A stretch of 24,886 nt of DNA from Oligoflexales bacterium (GTDB taxonomy: Bacteria; Bdellovibrionota_B; Oligoflexia; Oligoflexales; CAIYRB01): NCBI GenBank assembly GCA_041736175.1, contig JBGSUI010000143.1, positions 1 through 24,886 on the forward strand, read 5' to 3'. Within the stretch, counting starts at the first letter, position 1. The number at the start of each line of letters is the position of its first letter. Under the pieces are notes generated by a model. The model made no database searches, was not told where the DNA came from, and saw only the letters and a list, made by a program, of their open reading frames with translations. Both the position numbers and the translations under genes were made by a program. This document shows positions 1 through 9,003 of this stretch, piece after piece.

Positions 1-123
1 AGATCAATCCTTAAAAGCAACGACCTTGATGCCTATTGGAAATATCATATTGAGCAGGAGTTTTGTAGAAATCATGTAAAGAAATTCTCTAACTCAATGA
101 AATTCATCAGAAAATCATTGTAA
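1..123 (+). CDS. 3' end of an ISKra4-family-like transposase (partial, runs off the left edge)
   Basis: Frame 1 reads [40 protein letters not shown]. This resembles the ISKra4 transposase C-terminus (R-x-L-x-x-x-D-x-D-x-Y-W-x-x-H-x-x-x-E-x-x-R-N-H). Not in the ORF track. Confidence 0.75.
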   Translation, partial: RSILKSNDLDAYWKYHIEQEFCRNHVKKFSNSMKFIRKSL

Positions 124-139
124 AAAAACTACTGCACCC
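1..139 (+). mobile_element. Right end of ISKra4-like IS, terminus ...ACTACTGCACCC at 139
   Basis: The transposase stop is followed by CTGCACCC (GGGTGCAG on the minus strand). Homology of the neighbouring COG0523 gene stops exactly at 140/139. Confidence 0.7.
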
Positions 140-282
140 AACTCATTTTGAATCACCGCAATGCGCTTACCATGCTGTTCCGTCATGATTCGGTTCAGAA
201 GTGTTGTTTTACCCGCACCTAAGAATCCAGTGAGAACCGTAACTGGTATTCTTTTGTTCTCAATCAGCTGATCAGTGGACAT
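140..282 (-). pseudogene. COG0523 (CobW/YjiA-type) GTPase, first 47 codons only, interrupted by the IS
   Basis: GGAG RBS, ATG at 282, then [47 protein letters not shown]. The Walker A motif is intact; the sequence breaks at the expected NEFG motif. Confidence 0.9.
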
Positions 283-361
283 AGGGTATCTCCTTAGTTA
301 AAAAATAAAAACTGTTGTGAACAACATCTAGAAAATGCGTGGGTCGATTCGCCATTTTTTT

Positions 362-1753
362 CTAGGAATATTTGGACCCTTCAAACGAGTCACTTGCTAA
401 ACCGGCTATACTTAGCTGCTTGGAGCTAAATGCCTCTTTTCGACTTCCAAAAAAGAACTGCCGCCCCTCGCGTATAAGCAGAGCTTTAGTAACTTTTGGT
501 GGCACCAAATGTAAATCATGTGACACCCAGATAATTGTTGTACTTTCTTCACATGAAATGCGATCAAGTAAACTTATTAGACCATGACTTGCTAGTGGAT
601 CTAGACCTGAAGTAGGTTCATCACACAGCAGAACCTTGGGTTTAACTGCCAGGACTCCGGCGAATGCTACCCGCTTTTTTTCGCCGAAGGATAGCTGCGA
701 CATAGGCTGATCTCCACACCTTTCTATATCGAGGGCCACAAGAACATCCTTCGCCACCTTATATGCATCAGAACGGGAGTATCCACGGCATGTAAGTCCC
801 CAAACAATATCTTCACGGGGAGTGGTTGCAAAAAACTGGTCTTCGGGATTTTGAAAAATAAAGCCAACTTCTGGATTTGGCCGCTGCCAAGATACCGTCC
901 TATTTCCTCCGCAGATCATAGTTCCAGAAGTTAATTTATCCAAACCGGCCATTGCTCGAAGAAGCGTTGTTTTACCTGAACCACTTGGACCAGCAATATA
1001 AAGCCATTCACCCTTCTGAACAGAAAAATTTATGTCACTCAATATCGCTCGTCCATTTTGGCTTATGACATTTGCATTTTGTACGGAAATCACTGGAAAC
1101 TGACTATGGATTGCACCTCCTTTTGGAGCCGGCACTGAAAGCAATTCTAATGAATTTTCAGGCCCTGCCTGACGAAGGCGCCGAGCATTTTCCATGACCA
1201 ACGACCTCTCAAAGGCCGAGCCAACACCTCCCGCTATGGCATCAGCAACAACTTGTGGGCGACGATAAATTGGGCCTACTCGAACCTTTGCTGCATCTAA
1301 ACGCCGCAAAATTTGCGCAACTAAAATGAATCCTTGAAGAATCCCATAGTCGATAAAATAAGCTACCGATTCCAATCTGTTTTCAATTAGCAGTTTAACT
1401 TTTAAAGTGCTCCATGATACTGTTCCTCCAAACCAAGACAAAATCATAGTGCAAGCTAGTGTCCGGAAAAGACCTGGGACTAGTCGCTCAACTTGCACAC
1501 CAAATATCGTCCACACTGCCATTAAGATGGCTATGTTAATACTAAGTACCAGTGGAATCACTATGCGAATAACTGCTACTCGCTCCAACAGCATTAAAAT
1601 AAAAGCCAAAAGCCCAATTACAAGGTGAACCCAAATAGCACTCGATAGCAATGCTGTTAATACCCCGACGACAAGTATGGTAAATCGACACTTTACAGAG
1701 ACTTTTAGATGGGATCGCCCCCCAAAAAGTGCCTTTTCGATGTCAAAATGCAT
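362..1753 (-). CDS. Fused ECF transporter T component (CbiQ-like) + ABC ATPase (CbiO-like)
   Basis: Hydrophobic N-terminal ~200 aa with Arg motifs (AKVRVG, ARRLRQAG). C-terminal ATPase with GPSGSGKT, FQNPEDQFF, LSFGEKKR, LLCDEPT and SHD. Confidence 0.85.
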   Translation of the reverse strand: MHFDIEKALFGGRSHLKVSVKCRFTILVVGVLTALLSSAIWVHLVIGLLAFILMLLERVAVIRIVIPLVLSINIAILMAVWTIFGVQVERLVPGLFRTLACTMILSWFGGTVSWSTLKVKLLIENRLESVAYFIDYGILQGFILVAQILRRLDAAKVRVGPIYRRPQVVADAIAGGVGSAFERSLVMENARRLRQAGPENSLELLSVPAPKGGAIHSQFPVISVQNANVISQNGRAILSDINFSVQKGEWLYIAGPSGSGKTTLLRAMAGLDKLTSGTMICGGNRTVSWQRPNPEVGFIFQNPEDQFFATTPREDIVWGLTCRGYSRSDAYKVAKDVLVALDIERCGDQPMSQLSFGEKKRVAFAGVLAVKPKVLLCDEPTSGLDPLASHGLISLLDRISCEESTTIIWVSHDLHLVPPKVTKALLIREGRQFFFGSRKEAFSSKQLSIAGLASDSFEGSKYS

Positions 1754-2708
1754 TTGATTGCAACCCTCGCTGCTGGCTAAAGGTTTGCCATTTGTTATAG
1801 GCGAGCCCGGAAATTAAGCCTGCCACAAAGAAACCGAGTGAAAAAATTGTAAGCTCGACTTCACCCGTCATCCATGGATTTAAGTCCTTAGCATAGACAC
1901 CAAAGCTTTCAGCTGTTTTGACAAATAGGACTTCGTCAAGCCCTTCGTAGGTTGAAGCTAAGATACGGGAAGAGAAAAAGACTGTACCTGAAGACACAAT
2001 TATTAAAAATAAGATGACGGTTGGTGCCACATGACGCATCTGACACCATGTTGGCCTTTGAAGGTCCGAAAAAAGATGACTCTTCGAAAGATAGGTCACA
2101 ACCTTTGTGCTGATCAACGCTTCAAACATTGAGAGTGGGCCTTGAACCGGTAGAAAGCCAAGACAGACACTCCCAAATGTCTTTAAAAAAGGTTGTTTGT
2201 CGGCGTAACTCCAAGCCAACAGAAGTGAATCACCCAAATATACGGCTAAACTTCCAAGAAAAAATGCAAAGAATAGCCTAAGCTTGCCGCTCACACGAAA
2301 GGCTGCAAACACTCCAAGAGTCGCCAAGGTGACGGCAGGTCCGACAATTCCAAGAGTGAGGGTATTTGCGCCAAGGGTTGTCAGTCCTCCGTGGGCAAAG
2401 AAGAGCGCCTGAATGAGCAAGACTGCTGCGGTTAAGGCTGGGACTATCACCGGCCCAAGGATATAAGTGAGCAGTGGCGTAGCACACATGTGAGACGAAG
2501 CTCCAGCTATTGGAATTGGTATCGGCAGCAACGTAACTGCGAACGATAGTGTAAAGGCCATCGTTAGGAACGAGCGATTAGCTGGCTCGGCATTTTGTAA
2601 GAAAAACTGCTGCCTTAATTTATAGGCACTCAAAAAGACCAGCGGTACCGCCACAAGTGTGGTTGAAAGCATTTGTACCGTCGGTAGAATACCCTCCGCT
2701 AAATGCAT
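1743..2708 (-). CDS. cbiM: Cobalt/nickel ECF S component CbiM with a C-terminal CbiN-like domain
   Basis: N-terminal MHLAEG with the His2 ligand, SSHM, and QALFFAHGGLTTLGAN. The tail TM-YEGLDE...NPWMTGEVELTIFSL-TM resembles CbiN. Confidence 0.88.
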   Translation of the reverse strand: MHLAEGILPTVQMLSTTLVAVPLVFLSAYKLRQQFFLQNAEPANRSFLTMAFTLSFAVTLLPIPIPIAGASSHMCATPLLTYILGPVIVPALTAAVLLIQALFFAHGGLTTLGANTLTLGIVGPAVTLATLGVFAAFRVSGKLRLFFAFFLGSLAVYLGDSLLLAWSYADKQPFLKTFGSVCLGFLPVQGPLSMFEALISTKVVTYLSKSHLFSDLQRPTWCQMRHVAPTVILFLIIVSSGTVFFSSRILASTYEGLDEVLFVKTAESFGVYAKDLNPWMTGEVELTIFSLGFFVAGLISGLAYNKWQTFSQQRGLQSNAF

Positions 2709-2772
2709 AGGTGGATTACCTTTAAATTGATGGTTATTACAAAAATGAGTATCGAGATATAAACTAATTCCC

Positions 2773-3012
2773 TCATAATTCCGCTGTGGAACGGACCCTT
2801 TGACCTAAATTCTCTTCCTTGAGTGCCATTTCAAACCACATCAAAACTTTACACCAATGGGCTTCTCCATATATTTGCCGAAAGCGCTGCACGTCATAGG
2901 AAGTTGACGATTTAAGCTCAGCTATTCGTCTGTGAAGGTATTCTACGGTAAGGGGAATACCACATTGGACTGTGATACAATGTTTCCATGCGGAGTAGGT
3001 CTGTGGAATCAT
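2773..3012 (-). CDS. Small hypothetical protein (79 aa) with WKHCITVQCG motif, directly downstream of the COG0523 gene
   Basis: AAGGA RBS, operon position, HC-x4-C motif that may bind metal. Confidence 0.75.
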   Translation of the reverse strand: MIPQTYSAWKHCITVQCGIPLTVEYLHRRIAELKSSTSYDVQRFRQIYGEAHWCKVLMWFEMALKEENLGQRVRSTAEL

Positions 3013-3041
3013 TTTTTTTCCTTTATTTTTTTAGTTATTTT

Positions 3042-4298
3042 TTAATTAGAAATAGATTTCAATTCCTCTGTCACCCAGTCTGGAAATGGGTCCTTAAGCT
3101 TTGTTTTTTGTGTCGTAACTGCGAGCAGTTCCGAATCAGTCAACAAGCATGATTTTAGTTCTTTCCGAATGCTATTTTCATCAAGGTCAATACCGATAAA
3201 TACGAGTTCATTGCGTCGGTCACCAAAGCCTTTTTCCCAGACTGTGGAGAGCCATGTTTGAAATTTGGAGTCGTCAGGCCATTTATCTTTCGGCACTGCA
3301 GCCCACCAAGTTCCTATTCGGTTCCAGTCAATATGACCTCCCGCTTTAGACCAAAGAGCCATCACAGCTGGCTGGGAAGCCAGCCAAAAGACTCCCTTGC
3401 TTCGCATGACGCCTTTCATAAAATTGCTATTGTGTAAAAAATCCCAAAGTCTCTCGGGATGAAATCCTCGTCGCTCCTTAACAATAAAGCTTGAGACACC
3501 GTATGTTTCAGATTCGGAATGTTCGTCACCTCGCATAACTTTTAACCAACCAGCTGCCTGTCGAGCCCGCTCCATTGAAAACAGCCCTGTACCCATAATT
3601 GTGGTCAGTGGTATCTGCCCCCGAATTGTGTTCACAACGCGAGCTTCCGGATTGAGACTTTTTAGAATGCCACCAAGACGCGCCAGATCCTCAGTAGAGA
3701 CTAAATCCGCTTTGTTGATGAGAATAACATCGGCAAACTCGACTTGATCCGCAAGCAGATTGCCGATGTCACGCTTGTCCTCCTCGCTTAAGGCAATCCC
3801 TCGCTCTATAAGAGCCATACTTCTTTCGTATTCACTTAGGAATCCGGCAGCATCCACCACAGTGGCCATCGTATCAAGCGCCGCCAAATCGCTGAGCGAA
3901 ACCCCTTTCTCATCCCGAAATGTAAAGGTTTCAGCGACGGGGAGAGGCTCGGAAATGCCCGTAGATTCAATGACAAGATAATCAAAGCGCCGTTCCTCTG
4001 CGATTTTAGTAATTTCTTGCAGGAGATCTTCGCGAAGGGTGCAACAAATACAGCCATTACTCATCTCCACAAGTTTTTCTTCTGTCCGACTCAATCCACC
4101 ACTCTGGTCGATAACGATGCCATCAATATTAATCTCACTCATATCGTTTACAATCACCGCTACCTTGAGACCTTCCCGGTTGTTGAGAATATGATTGAGC
4201 ACTGTGGTCTTACCGGCACCCAAAAAACCAGAGAGTACTGTCACGGGTAACTTGGCGGGGAGATAGCTTTGCGTGAGATTGGTCGACTTTACAGACAT
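3042..4298 (-). CDS. zigA: COG0523 zinc metallochaperone GTPase (ZigA/YciC type), copy 1
   Basis: [25 protein letters not shown] metal motif, [12 protein letters not shown], and a CobW_C domain ([24 protein letters not shown]). Confidence 0.93.
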   Translation of the reverse strand: MSVKSTNLTQSYLPAKLPVTVLSGFLGAGKTTVLNHILNNREGLKVAVIVNDMSEINIDGIVIDQSGGLSRTEEKLVEMSNGCICCTLREDLLQEITKIAEERRFDYLVIESTGISEPLPVAETFTFRDEKGVSLSDLAALDTMATVVDAAGFLSEYERSMALIERGIALSEEDKRDIGNLLADQVEFADVILINKADLVSTEDLARLGGILKSLNPEARVVNTIRGQIPLTTIMGTGLFSMERARQAAGWLKVMRGDEHSESETYGVSSFIVKERRGFHPERLWDFLHNSNFMKGVMRSKGVFWLASQPAVMALWSKAGGHIDWNRIGTWWAAVPKDKWPDDSKFQTWLSTVWEKGFGDRRNELVFIGIDLDENSIRKELKSCLLTDSELLAVTTQKTKLKDPFPDWVTEELKSISN

Positions 4299-4356
4299 AG
4301 AGGATTCCTCTGCCTAAGGGTTTCTACTTGCAATTCAAATATCACCTGGCCAATGC

Positions 4357-4377
4357 AAATGCAAGTAATTTGCATTT
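4357..4377. promoter_or_regulatory. Palindrome AAATGCAA-GTAAT-TTGCATTT, candidate Zur-type operator 1
   Basis: Perfect 8-5-8 inverted repeat in the divergent gap between zigA copy 1 and the zinc-ribbon gene. The same core recurs at 6422 and 6473. Confidence 0.75.
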
Positions 4378-4465
4378 AAGTATTTCCTCCTTTAAACTGG
4401 AATAAGAGAACTCTTCTGAACGATGGAAGTCTAAAGATCAAAAAATGGCCTTGGAGGATTTTCGA

Positions 4466-4741
4466 ATGCCAGTTTATGAATATGTTTGCGCGACCTGTGG
4501 CCAACAATTTGAGTGCTCTTTAAAGCTGGCCGATAACCAGCTTGAGCGACGACCCGGCTGTAGCAATAGCGCATGCAAGCCGGAAAAAAAGCTCAGCCGC
4601 TTTTATGGTCACACTGTTCGTTCTTGGTCAAATTCTAAGGTCGAGGCCCAAATGGTACCAAAGATTGAACCAAAAATAACAACAAACGATCCAGTTCATG
4701 TCTGCGCAAAATACTGTAGTTTGCACAATGGCTCAAACTAG
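4466..4741 (+). CDS. FmdB-family zinc-ribbon protein
   Basis: MPVYEYVCATCGQQFE...GCSNSAC...KKLS, plus a C-terminal HVCAKYCSLH. GGAGG RBS precedes the ATG at 4466. Confidence 0.8.
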   Translation: MPVYEYVCATCGQQFECSLKLADNQLERRPGCSNSACKPEKKLSRFYGHTVRSWSNSKVEAQMVPKIEPKITTNDPVHVCAKYCSLHNGSN

Positions 4742-4766
4742 TGATTGCCGAGCTGTTAGTGCCCAT

Positions 4767-5468
4767 TTACGCTGCGTCGACCCGAAGCAGCCAACGTCCA
4801 TCTATGGAGGATGGGACCGCTGGAGAACGGTGGACAATCCCAGCACCCGAGCTTCCAGGGTAGGCATTGCCCTTAAGAATCACTATTTGGAAAGGCGCTG
4901 CTTCATATACTAATGCATTTTTCTTTATAATTTTGCGATTGTCACCTCGACCAAGGTACTTGCGATTGACCCCCTTATCGCTGAGCCATTCTGTCCCTGG
5001 ACCACTAAGCGTACAAAGAAGCCGCAAAGTGACTCGATCCACATGAAAAAGAGGACAAGTCCTATCCAGAGTTTTAATGAGTTCGACTTTGACTGTGGGC
5101 ACTGGCAGCAGGCTCGAAAAAGCCATTAAGACCCCCTGTAGCTCTGAAAAGATTTGCGAGGAGAGTATATCGACTCCCTTCTTCTCCAGTAAAGCCAGTT
5201 CGTCTCCCCTGACCAGCCCAGAAAAAGTAGGGAGGGCTGCAAACTTAGTCTTTTCTATCAACAACTGTAATTTCTCGGATGGAGACCAGAAATGGATAAG
5301 TACATTCTTACCAGGGATTTTGATCCGGCTAAATTTATCGAGAGAATCAGCCACGCAGAGATTCTCCGGAGCACCCAACCCATGACCATCCTTTCCAGTA
5401 GGATCGATTTGCAAAATGGATCGGCTATCAAAGTAGTCCTCATGAATGTGTTCTTCTGCATTCATCAT
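4767..5468 (-). CDS. DUF1826-family protein (HxD...H facial-triad type)
   Basis: CPLFHVDRVTLRLLCTLSGPGTEWL, LKG and GIVHRSP motifs. The family is commonly found next to COG0523 genes. Confidence 0.85.
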   Translation of the reverse strand: MMNAEEHIHEDYFDSRSILQIDPTGKDGHGLGAPENLCVADSLDKFSRIKIPGKNVLIHFWSPSEKLQLLIEKTKFAALPTFSGLVRGDELALLEKKGVDILSSQIFSELQGVLMAFSSLLPVPTVKVELIKTLDRTCPLFHVDRVTLRLLCTLSGPGTEWLSDKGVNRKYLGRGDNRKIIKKNALVYEAAPFQIVILKGNAYPGSSGAGIVHRSPAVPSSIDGRWLLRVDAA

Positions 5469-5480
5469 TTTTCTCCTTTT

Positions 5481-5738
5481 TTACTTGCGAGCATTCTTGC
5501 GAGCATACTTGCGATTGAATCTTTCAATACGCCCAGCGGTATCAAGGAGCTTAACTTTTCCTGTAAAAAATGGGTGGGACGCACTTGAAATCTCAATGTC
5601 AATTAAAGGATATTCATTTCCATCATGCCATTTAATTTTTTGCTGCGATGTTTTTGTTGATCGGGTAAGCACCGCATAGTCGCTGGCAGCATCTTTAAAG
5701 ACCACGAATCGATAATTTGGATGGATTCCATCTTTCAT
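5481..5738 (-). CDS. rpmE2: 50S ribosomal protein L31 type B (zinc-free)
   Basis: [16 protein letters not shown]...[13 protein letters not shown]...[13 protein letters not shown]; no cysteines. Confidence 0.97.
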   Translation of the reverse strand: MKDGIHPNYRFVVFKDAASDYAVLTRSTKTSQQKIKWHDGNEYPLIDIEISSASHPFFTGKVKLLDTAGRIERFNRKYARKNARK

Positions 5739-6409
5739 AGATGTGTTCCTCTTTCGGTAGCAAGGGTTTTAAGCTTAAACAGTGGCGCGAATGCGTCATG
5801 TGGAAACACTTGGGTGTCTAGGTGTTGATTGGCAAGGGCGTTGGCAGGGATTCTCAGGTACCTAATTGCCGCATTGGTTTCAGAGTTTAACCAGAAGGAA
5901 ACGATCTCCTGACCCGAGACACCCGCACCATGGAGCGAACGTTCAAAAATCAAAGCGTCTTCATCATTTCTTGTGTTGATTCCGGCGACAATTGTCCCAC
6001 AACGCTCCAAAGCGAGGCTAGCAAGCAATCCGGAAAGAGCAAGGGACTTGGTTGCGTCGAAAGGAGTTGTCGGTAAACTTTCAAAAAAGACATAGTCCCA
6101 AATTCTTTCTGCCACAAGAGCGTCTGGACCGTCCATCATTGTCAATATCCGAGGACTCCCAGGTCCAAATAGAGGGCTGACGTTTAAGCCATGATGTTGA
6201 TCAGCCTGTTTACCTTGATACTGGGTCCCACAAAAGCTTTTGTTATAACGTGAGAGAAATTCGCCTGCACCCGAGGTGTTTGTATAGACTATGGTACGTG
6301 GAGAGACCGGGAGCTTCATGAGGGCCATCCGGGTCCGAGAGGGCTGAGGCGCACCCAGATAAAAGATCACTTTACCCGCGCTCTTCTTTGCGTTCGCATT
6401 CATGAGCAA
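5735..6409 (-). CDS. Hypothetical protein, probable degenerate COG0523-like G-domain; start codon uncertain (6409 TTG or 6403 ATG)
   Basis: Four blocks collinear with the ZigA N-terminus (see findings). Its stop overlaps the rpmE2 start. Confidence 0.65.
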   Translation of the reverse strand: MLMNANAKKSAGKVIFYLGAPQPSRTRMALMKLPVSPRTIVYTNTSGAGEFLSRYNKSFCGTQYQGKQADQHHGLNVSPLFGPGSPRILTMMDGPDALVAERIWDYVFFESLPTTPFDATKSLALSGLLASLALERCGTIVAGINTRNDEDALIFERSLHGAGVSGQEIVSFWLNSETNAAIRYLRIPANALANQHLDTQVFPHDAFAPLFKLKTLATERGTHL

Positions 6410-6421
6410 ACCTCAATACTT

Positions 6422-6442
6422 AATTGCAAGTTACTTGCATTA
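6422..6442. promoter_or_regulatory. AATTGCAA-GTTAC-TTGCATTA, candidate Zur-type operator 2
   Basis: TGCAA-N5-TTGCA core immediately upstream of the hypothetical-rpmE2-DUF1826 operon. Confidence 0.75.
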
Positions 6443-6472
6443 AATCACTCCCGAAGCCCCCCTGTCAATAGT

Positions 6473-6493
6473 AGATGCAATTTATTTGCATTT
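6473..6493. promoter_or_regulatory. AGATGCAA-TTTAT-TTGCATTT, candidate Zur-type operator 3
   Basis: ATGCAA-N5-TTGCAT core upstream of zigA copy 2. Confidence 0.75.
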
Positions 6494-6564
6494 GATGTTG
6501 CAAGTCGCTCGCAACAGTTATAATGTCTCGCTCGTTGTCAACCACAGAGGCGAGGGTCCTTTCT

Positions 6565-7770
6565 ATGATACAAAAACTCCCAGTGACCGTTCTCTCCGGC
6601 TTCCTTGGAGCAGGCAAGACGACTGTCCTCAATCACATCCTTACCAACCGAGAAAAGCGGCGCGTTGCTGTCATCGTCAACGATATGAGCGAAGTCAATA
6701 TTGACGCCGCACTCGTCAAAGGAGGCGAGGCAGCCTTGAGTCGCACTGAAGAAAAGCTCATCGAGATGACCAATGGCTGCATCTGTTGCACTCTTAGGGA
6801 AGACCTACTCGTCGAAGTGGGGCGTCTAGCCCAAGAAGGTCGATTCGATTACCTAGTGATTGAGTCGACCGGGATCTCTGAGCCCCTACCCGTCGCTGAA
6901 ACGTTTACGTTCCAAGATGACACAGGCAAAAGCCTGCAGGAAATCACTCGTCTCGATACGATGGTCACAGTTGTAGACGCCGAAAATTTTCTGTGCGACT
7001 ACGAGGAATCAGCCAGCCTTATTGACCGTGGCATTGCGCTTGACGAGTCCGATGAACGCAATATCGTTGATCTTCTTGTAGAACAGGTTGAATTTGCGAA
7101 CGTCATCGTTATCAACAAAATGGACCGAGTAACTGACGACGAGCGCGATCGTTTGCGATCACTCCTCCATAAACTAAATCCCGACGCCCGCCTAGTCGAG
7201 GCCAAGTATGGCAAAGTGCCCTTGGATACGATTCTAAACACGGAATCTTTCGATTTCGAAATAGCTTCGAGCGCGGCTGGGTGGATGAAACAAATCCGCG
7301 GTGAAGAAACCTCGGAAAAAGACGAATATGGCATCAGCAGCTTTGTCTTTCGAGCCCGCCGTCCGTTTCACCCAAAACGTTTAGAAGCCTTTTTGGAAAC
7401 TTCAACATCTGCAGGTCTACTCCGTGCCAAGGGTTTTATTTGGCTAGCCTCAAGACCCACAGAGATGGGCATCCTTGCCCTTGCCGGAAGGTCTTGCACC
7501 CTCAACAGTAACGGACATTGGCTTGCTGATATTCCCAGGCATGAGTGGGAGCTGACTGATGAAGATTTAAAAGAAACCATGGCAACCTGGGACGAGTCTG
7601 TTGGCGATAGGTCCCAAGAATTAGTCCTCATCGGCCGTCATTTAGATGAAGATCTCTTAAGAGGCAAACTAGAAGCTTGCCTTCTTGTGGATCGTGAAAT
7701 GGCAGTGGGAGCAAGCCGGTGGATTCGCTATAAAGACCCCTTCCCACCCTGGTCGGCGGCACCAACCTGA
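6565..7770 (+). CDS. zigA: COG0523 zinc metallochaperone GTPase (ZigA/YciC type), copy 2
   Basis: [49 protein letters not shown]. The ATG at 6565 (MIQKLPVTV) follows GAGG; the track's start at 6523 is an alternative. Confidence 0.93.
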   Translation: MIQKLPVTVLSGFLGAGKTTVLNHILTNREKRRVAVIVNDMSEVNIDAALVKGGEAALSRTEEKLIEMTNGCICCTLREDLLVEVGRLAQEGRFDYLVIESTGISEPLPVAETFTFQDDTGKSLQEITRLDTMVTVVDAENFLCDYEESASLIDRGIALDESDERNIVDLLVEQVEFANVIVINKMDRVTDDERDRLRSLLHKLNPDARLVEAKYGKVPLDTILNTESFDFEIASSAAGWMKQIRGEETSEKDEYGISSFVFRARRPFHPKRLEAFLETSTSAGLLRAKGFIWLASRPTEMGILALAGRSCTLNSNGHWLADIPRHEWELTDEDLKETMATWDESVGDRSQELVLIGRHLDEDLLRGKLEACLLVDREMAVGASRWIRYKDPFPPWSAAPT

Positions 7771-7778
7771 GCCTGATT

Positions 7779-8354
7779 TCAAAGTGACACTTCTTGTTCA
7801 GGCTTCGTTACAGTCTCGCCTCCTTGCTTGGCCGCTGTATTAATTTGGACGTTAAGTGACTTCAGCCGAGGAAATACCTTGATCAGGGCTATCGTCACTT
7901 TTTGTCCTGAAACAGATTGAGTACAGGTAAACTCCACAGAGGCGTTGATATCAGAATGGGTTTCTTTGGGAGAGACTTTGGCCCCTTTGGCATTTGGTTT
8001 TGAATCCTTTGGAGCGTCTGCTTCGCCTTCTTTTTTAACCTCGGCCTTAGTGACTTTGCAGCCTAGCTCAGGAGAAAACCTAAATAATTCAGATGCTCCC
8101 GACGTGAACCTCCCATTAGCATCATTCACAATTTTTTTCTCAGACTCTTTTTTAGGTTCATATTCAAAGCCATACAGTCCCTCCGCAGGAGTATCGAAGT
8201 CAAAAGCTACTTTATTGCCTTCTACAGCGATTGCCAATTTGGCGTTCCCATGACTATGCGCCTTCTGGTGATGTTGGGGTTTTGCCAGGATTGTGGATGC
8301 AGTGGTAAAAATAAGAAAGGAAACCGAAATCCCAATGATTTTTAAAAATCTCAT
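7779..8354 (-). CDS. ZrgA/DUF2796-family exported zinc-binding protein
   Basis: Signal peptide from MRFLKII (ATG 8354, AAGGA RBS), HHQKAHSHG, P-x-x-x-L-Y-G-F-E, C...HSDI...F-T-C. Confidence 0.85.
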   Translation of the reverse strand: MRFLKIIGISVSFLIFTTASTILAKPQHHQKAHSHGNAKLAIAVEGNKVAFDFDTPAEGLYGFEYEPKKESEKKIVNDANGRFTSGASELFRFSPELGCKVTKAEVKKEGEADAPKDSKPNAKGAKVSPKETHSDINASVEFTCTQSVSGQKVTIALIKVFPRLKSLNVQINTAAKQGGETVTKPEQEVSL

Positions 8355-8652
8355 AGAGTATCCTTTTCTGATAGACTTCGTACTTGAAAAACAAAAGCTG
8401 AGCTCAATTAACTCTAGCATAACCAGTGGACTCTTCCACATCCACAGGTGAGACGCATCAAGCATCTACGGATAATCCTCGCCACGAAGGAATCGAATGC
8501 CCAGGCGCGTCGTGTAAATGAATGAATTAACTATTTACAACCTTGATTCCGAGAGTTATACCGAGCGAGAGTATTGTCCAAGTATGATAATGCTTTTTTA
8601 GTAAATCATCGTGTTTTATTTCGCTTTTTTAATATAGTCAATGAGGTGCCCC

Positions 8653-9003
8653 ATGAATACCTGCCCCGATCAACACCAAAACCATCCCCACCACCATGAT
8701 GAAACCTGCGGCCATCCCCGTATTCAGCATGGTACCCATATGGATTACCTCCATGATGGCCATCTCCATCATGTTCACGGGAGTCACATCGACGAACATG
8801 TTATTGAGGTTACTGAGCAAAATCCAGCTAGTTGCACAAATGGCCATTTGTGCGACGGACACCAAAGTGATCACATCCATGGACCAAACTGCGGACATCC
8901 CCAGGTGCCCCATGGGGACCATACTGATTACTTGGTGGACGGGCACTTGCATCATCAACATGCAGGCCACTGCGACCACCATGGTACGGTAAACCTTATC
9001 TAG
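8653..9003 (+). CDS. His/Cys-rich tandem-repeat metal-binding protein (116 aa)
   Basis: GAGG RBS before ATG 8653. 29 His and 6 Cys. Two copies of H-x-H-x3-CGHP-x3-HG-x-H-x-DYL-x-DGHLHH-x-H-x2-H-x-D-x-H. Confidence 0.85.
   Translation: MNTCPDQHQNHPHHHDETCGHPRIQHGTHMDYLHDGHLHHVHGSHIDEHVIEVTEQNPASCTNGHLCDGHQSDHIHGPNCGHPQVPHGDHTDYLVDGHLHHQHAGHCDHHGTVNLI

Noticed and set aside
1747..1763. ATGCATTTGATTGCAA, resembling the operator
   Set aside because: The spacer is one base short, the left half-site mismatches, and it lies within the cbiM/cbiQO coding overlap.
2709..2772. Cobalamin riboswitch upstream of cbiM
   Set aside because: The gap is only 64 bp and has no B12-box-like sequence.
8355..8465. 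N-terminal extensions in the track for zrgA (also for 15325, 16604, 19843, 4445)
   Set aside because: Downstream ATGs have better RBSs and put signal peptides or family motifs at the N-terminus.
8638..8982. 114-aa Met/Val-rich minus-strand ORF
   Set aside because: Antisense shadow of the CAT/CAC-rich His protein gene.
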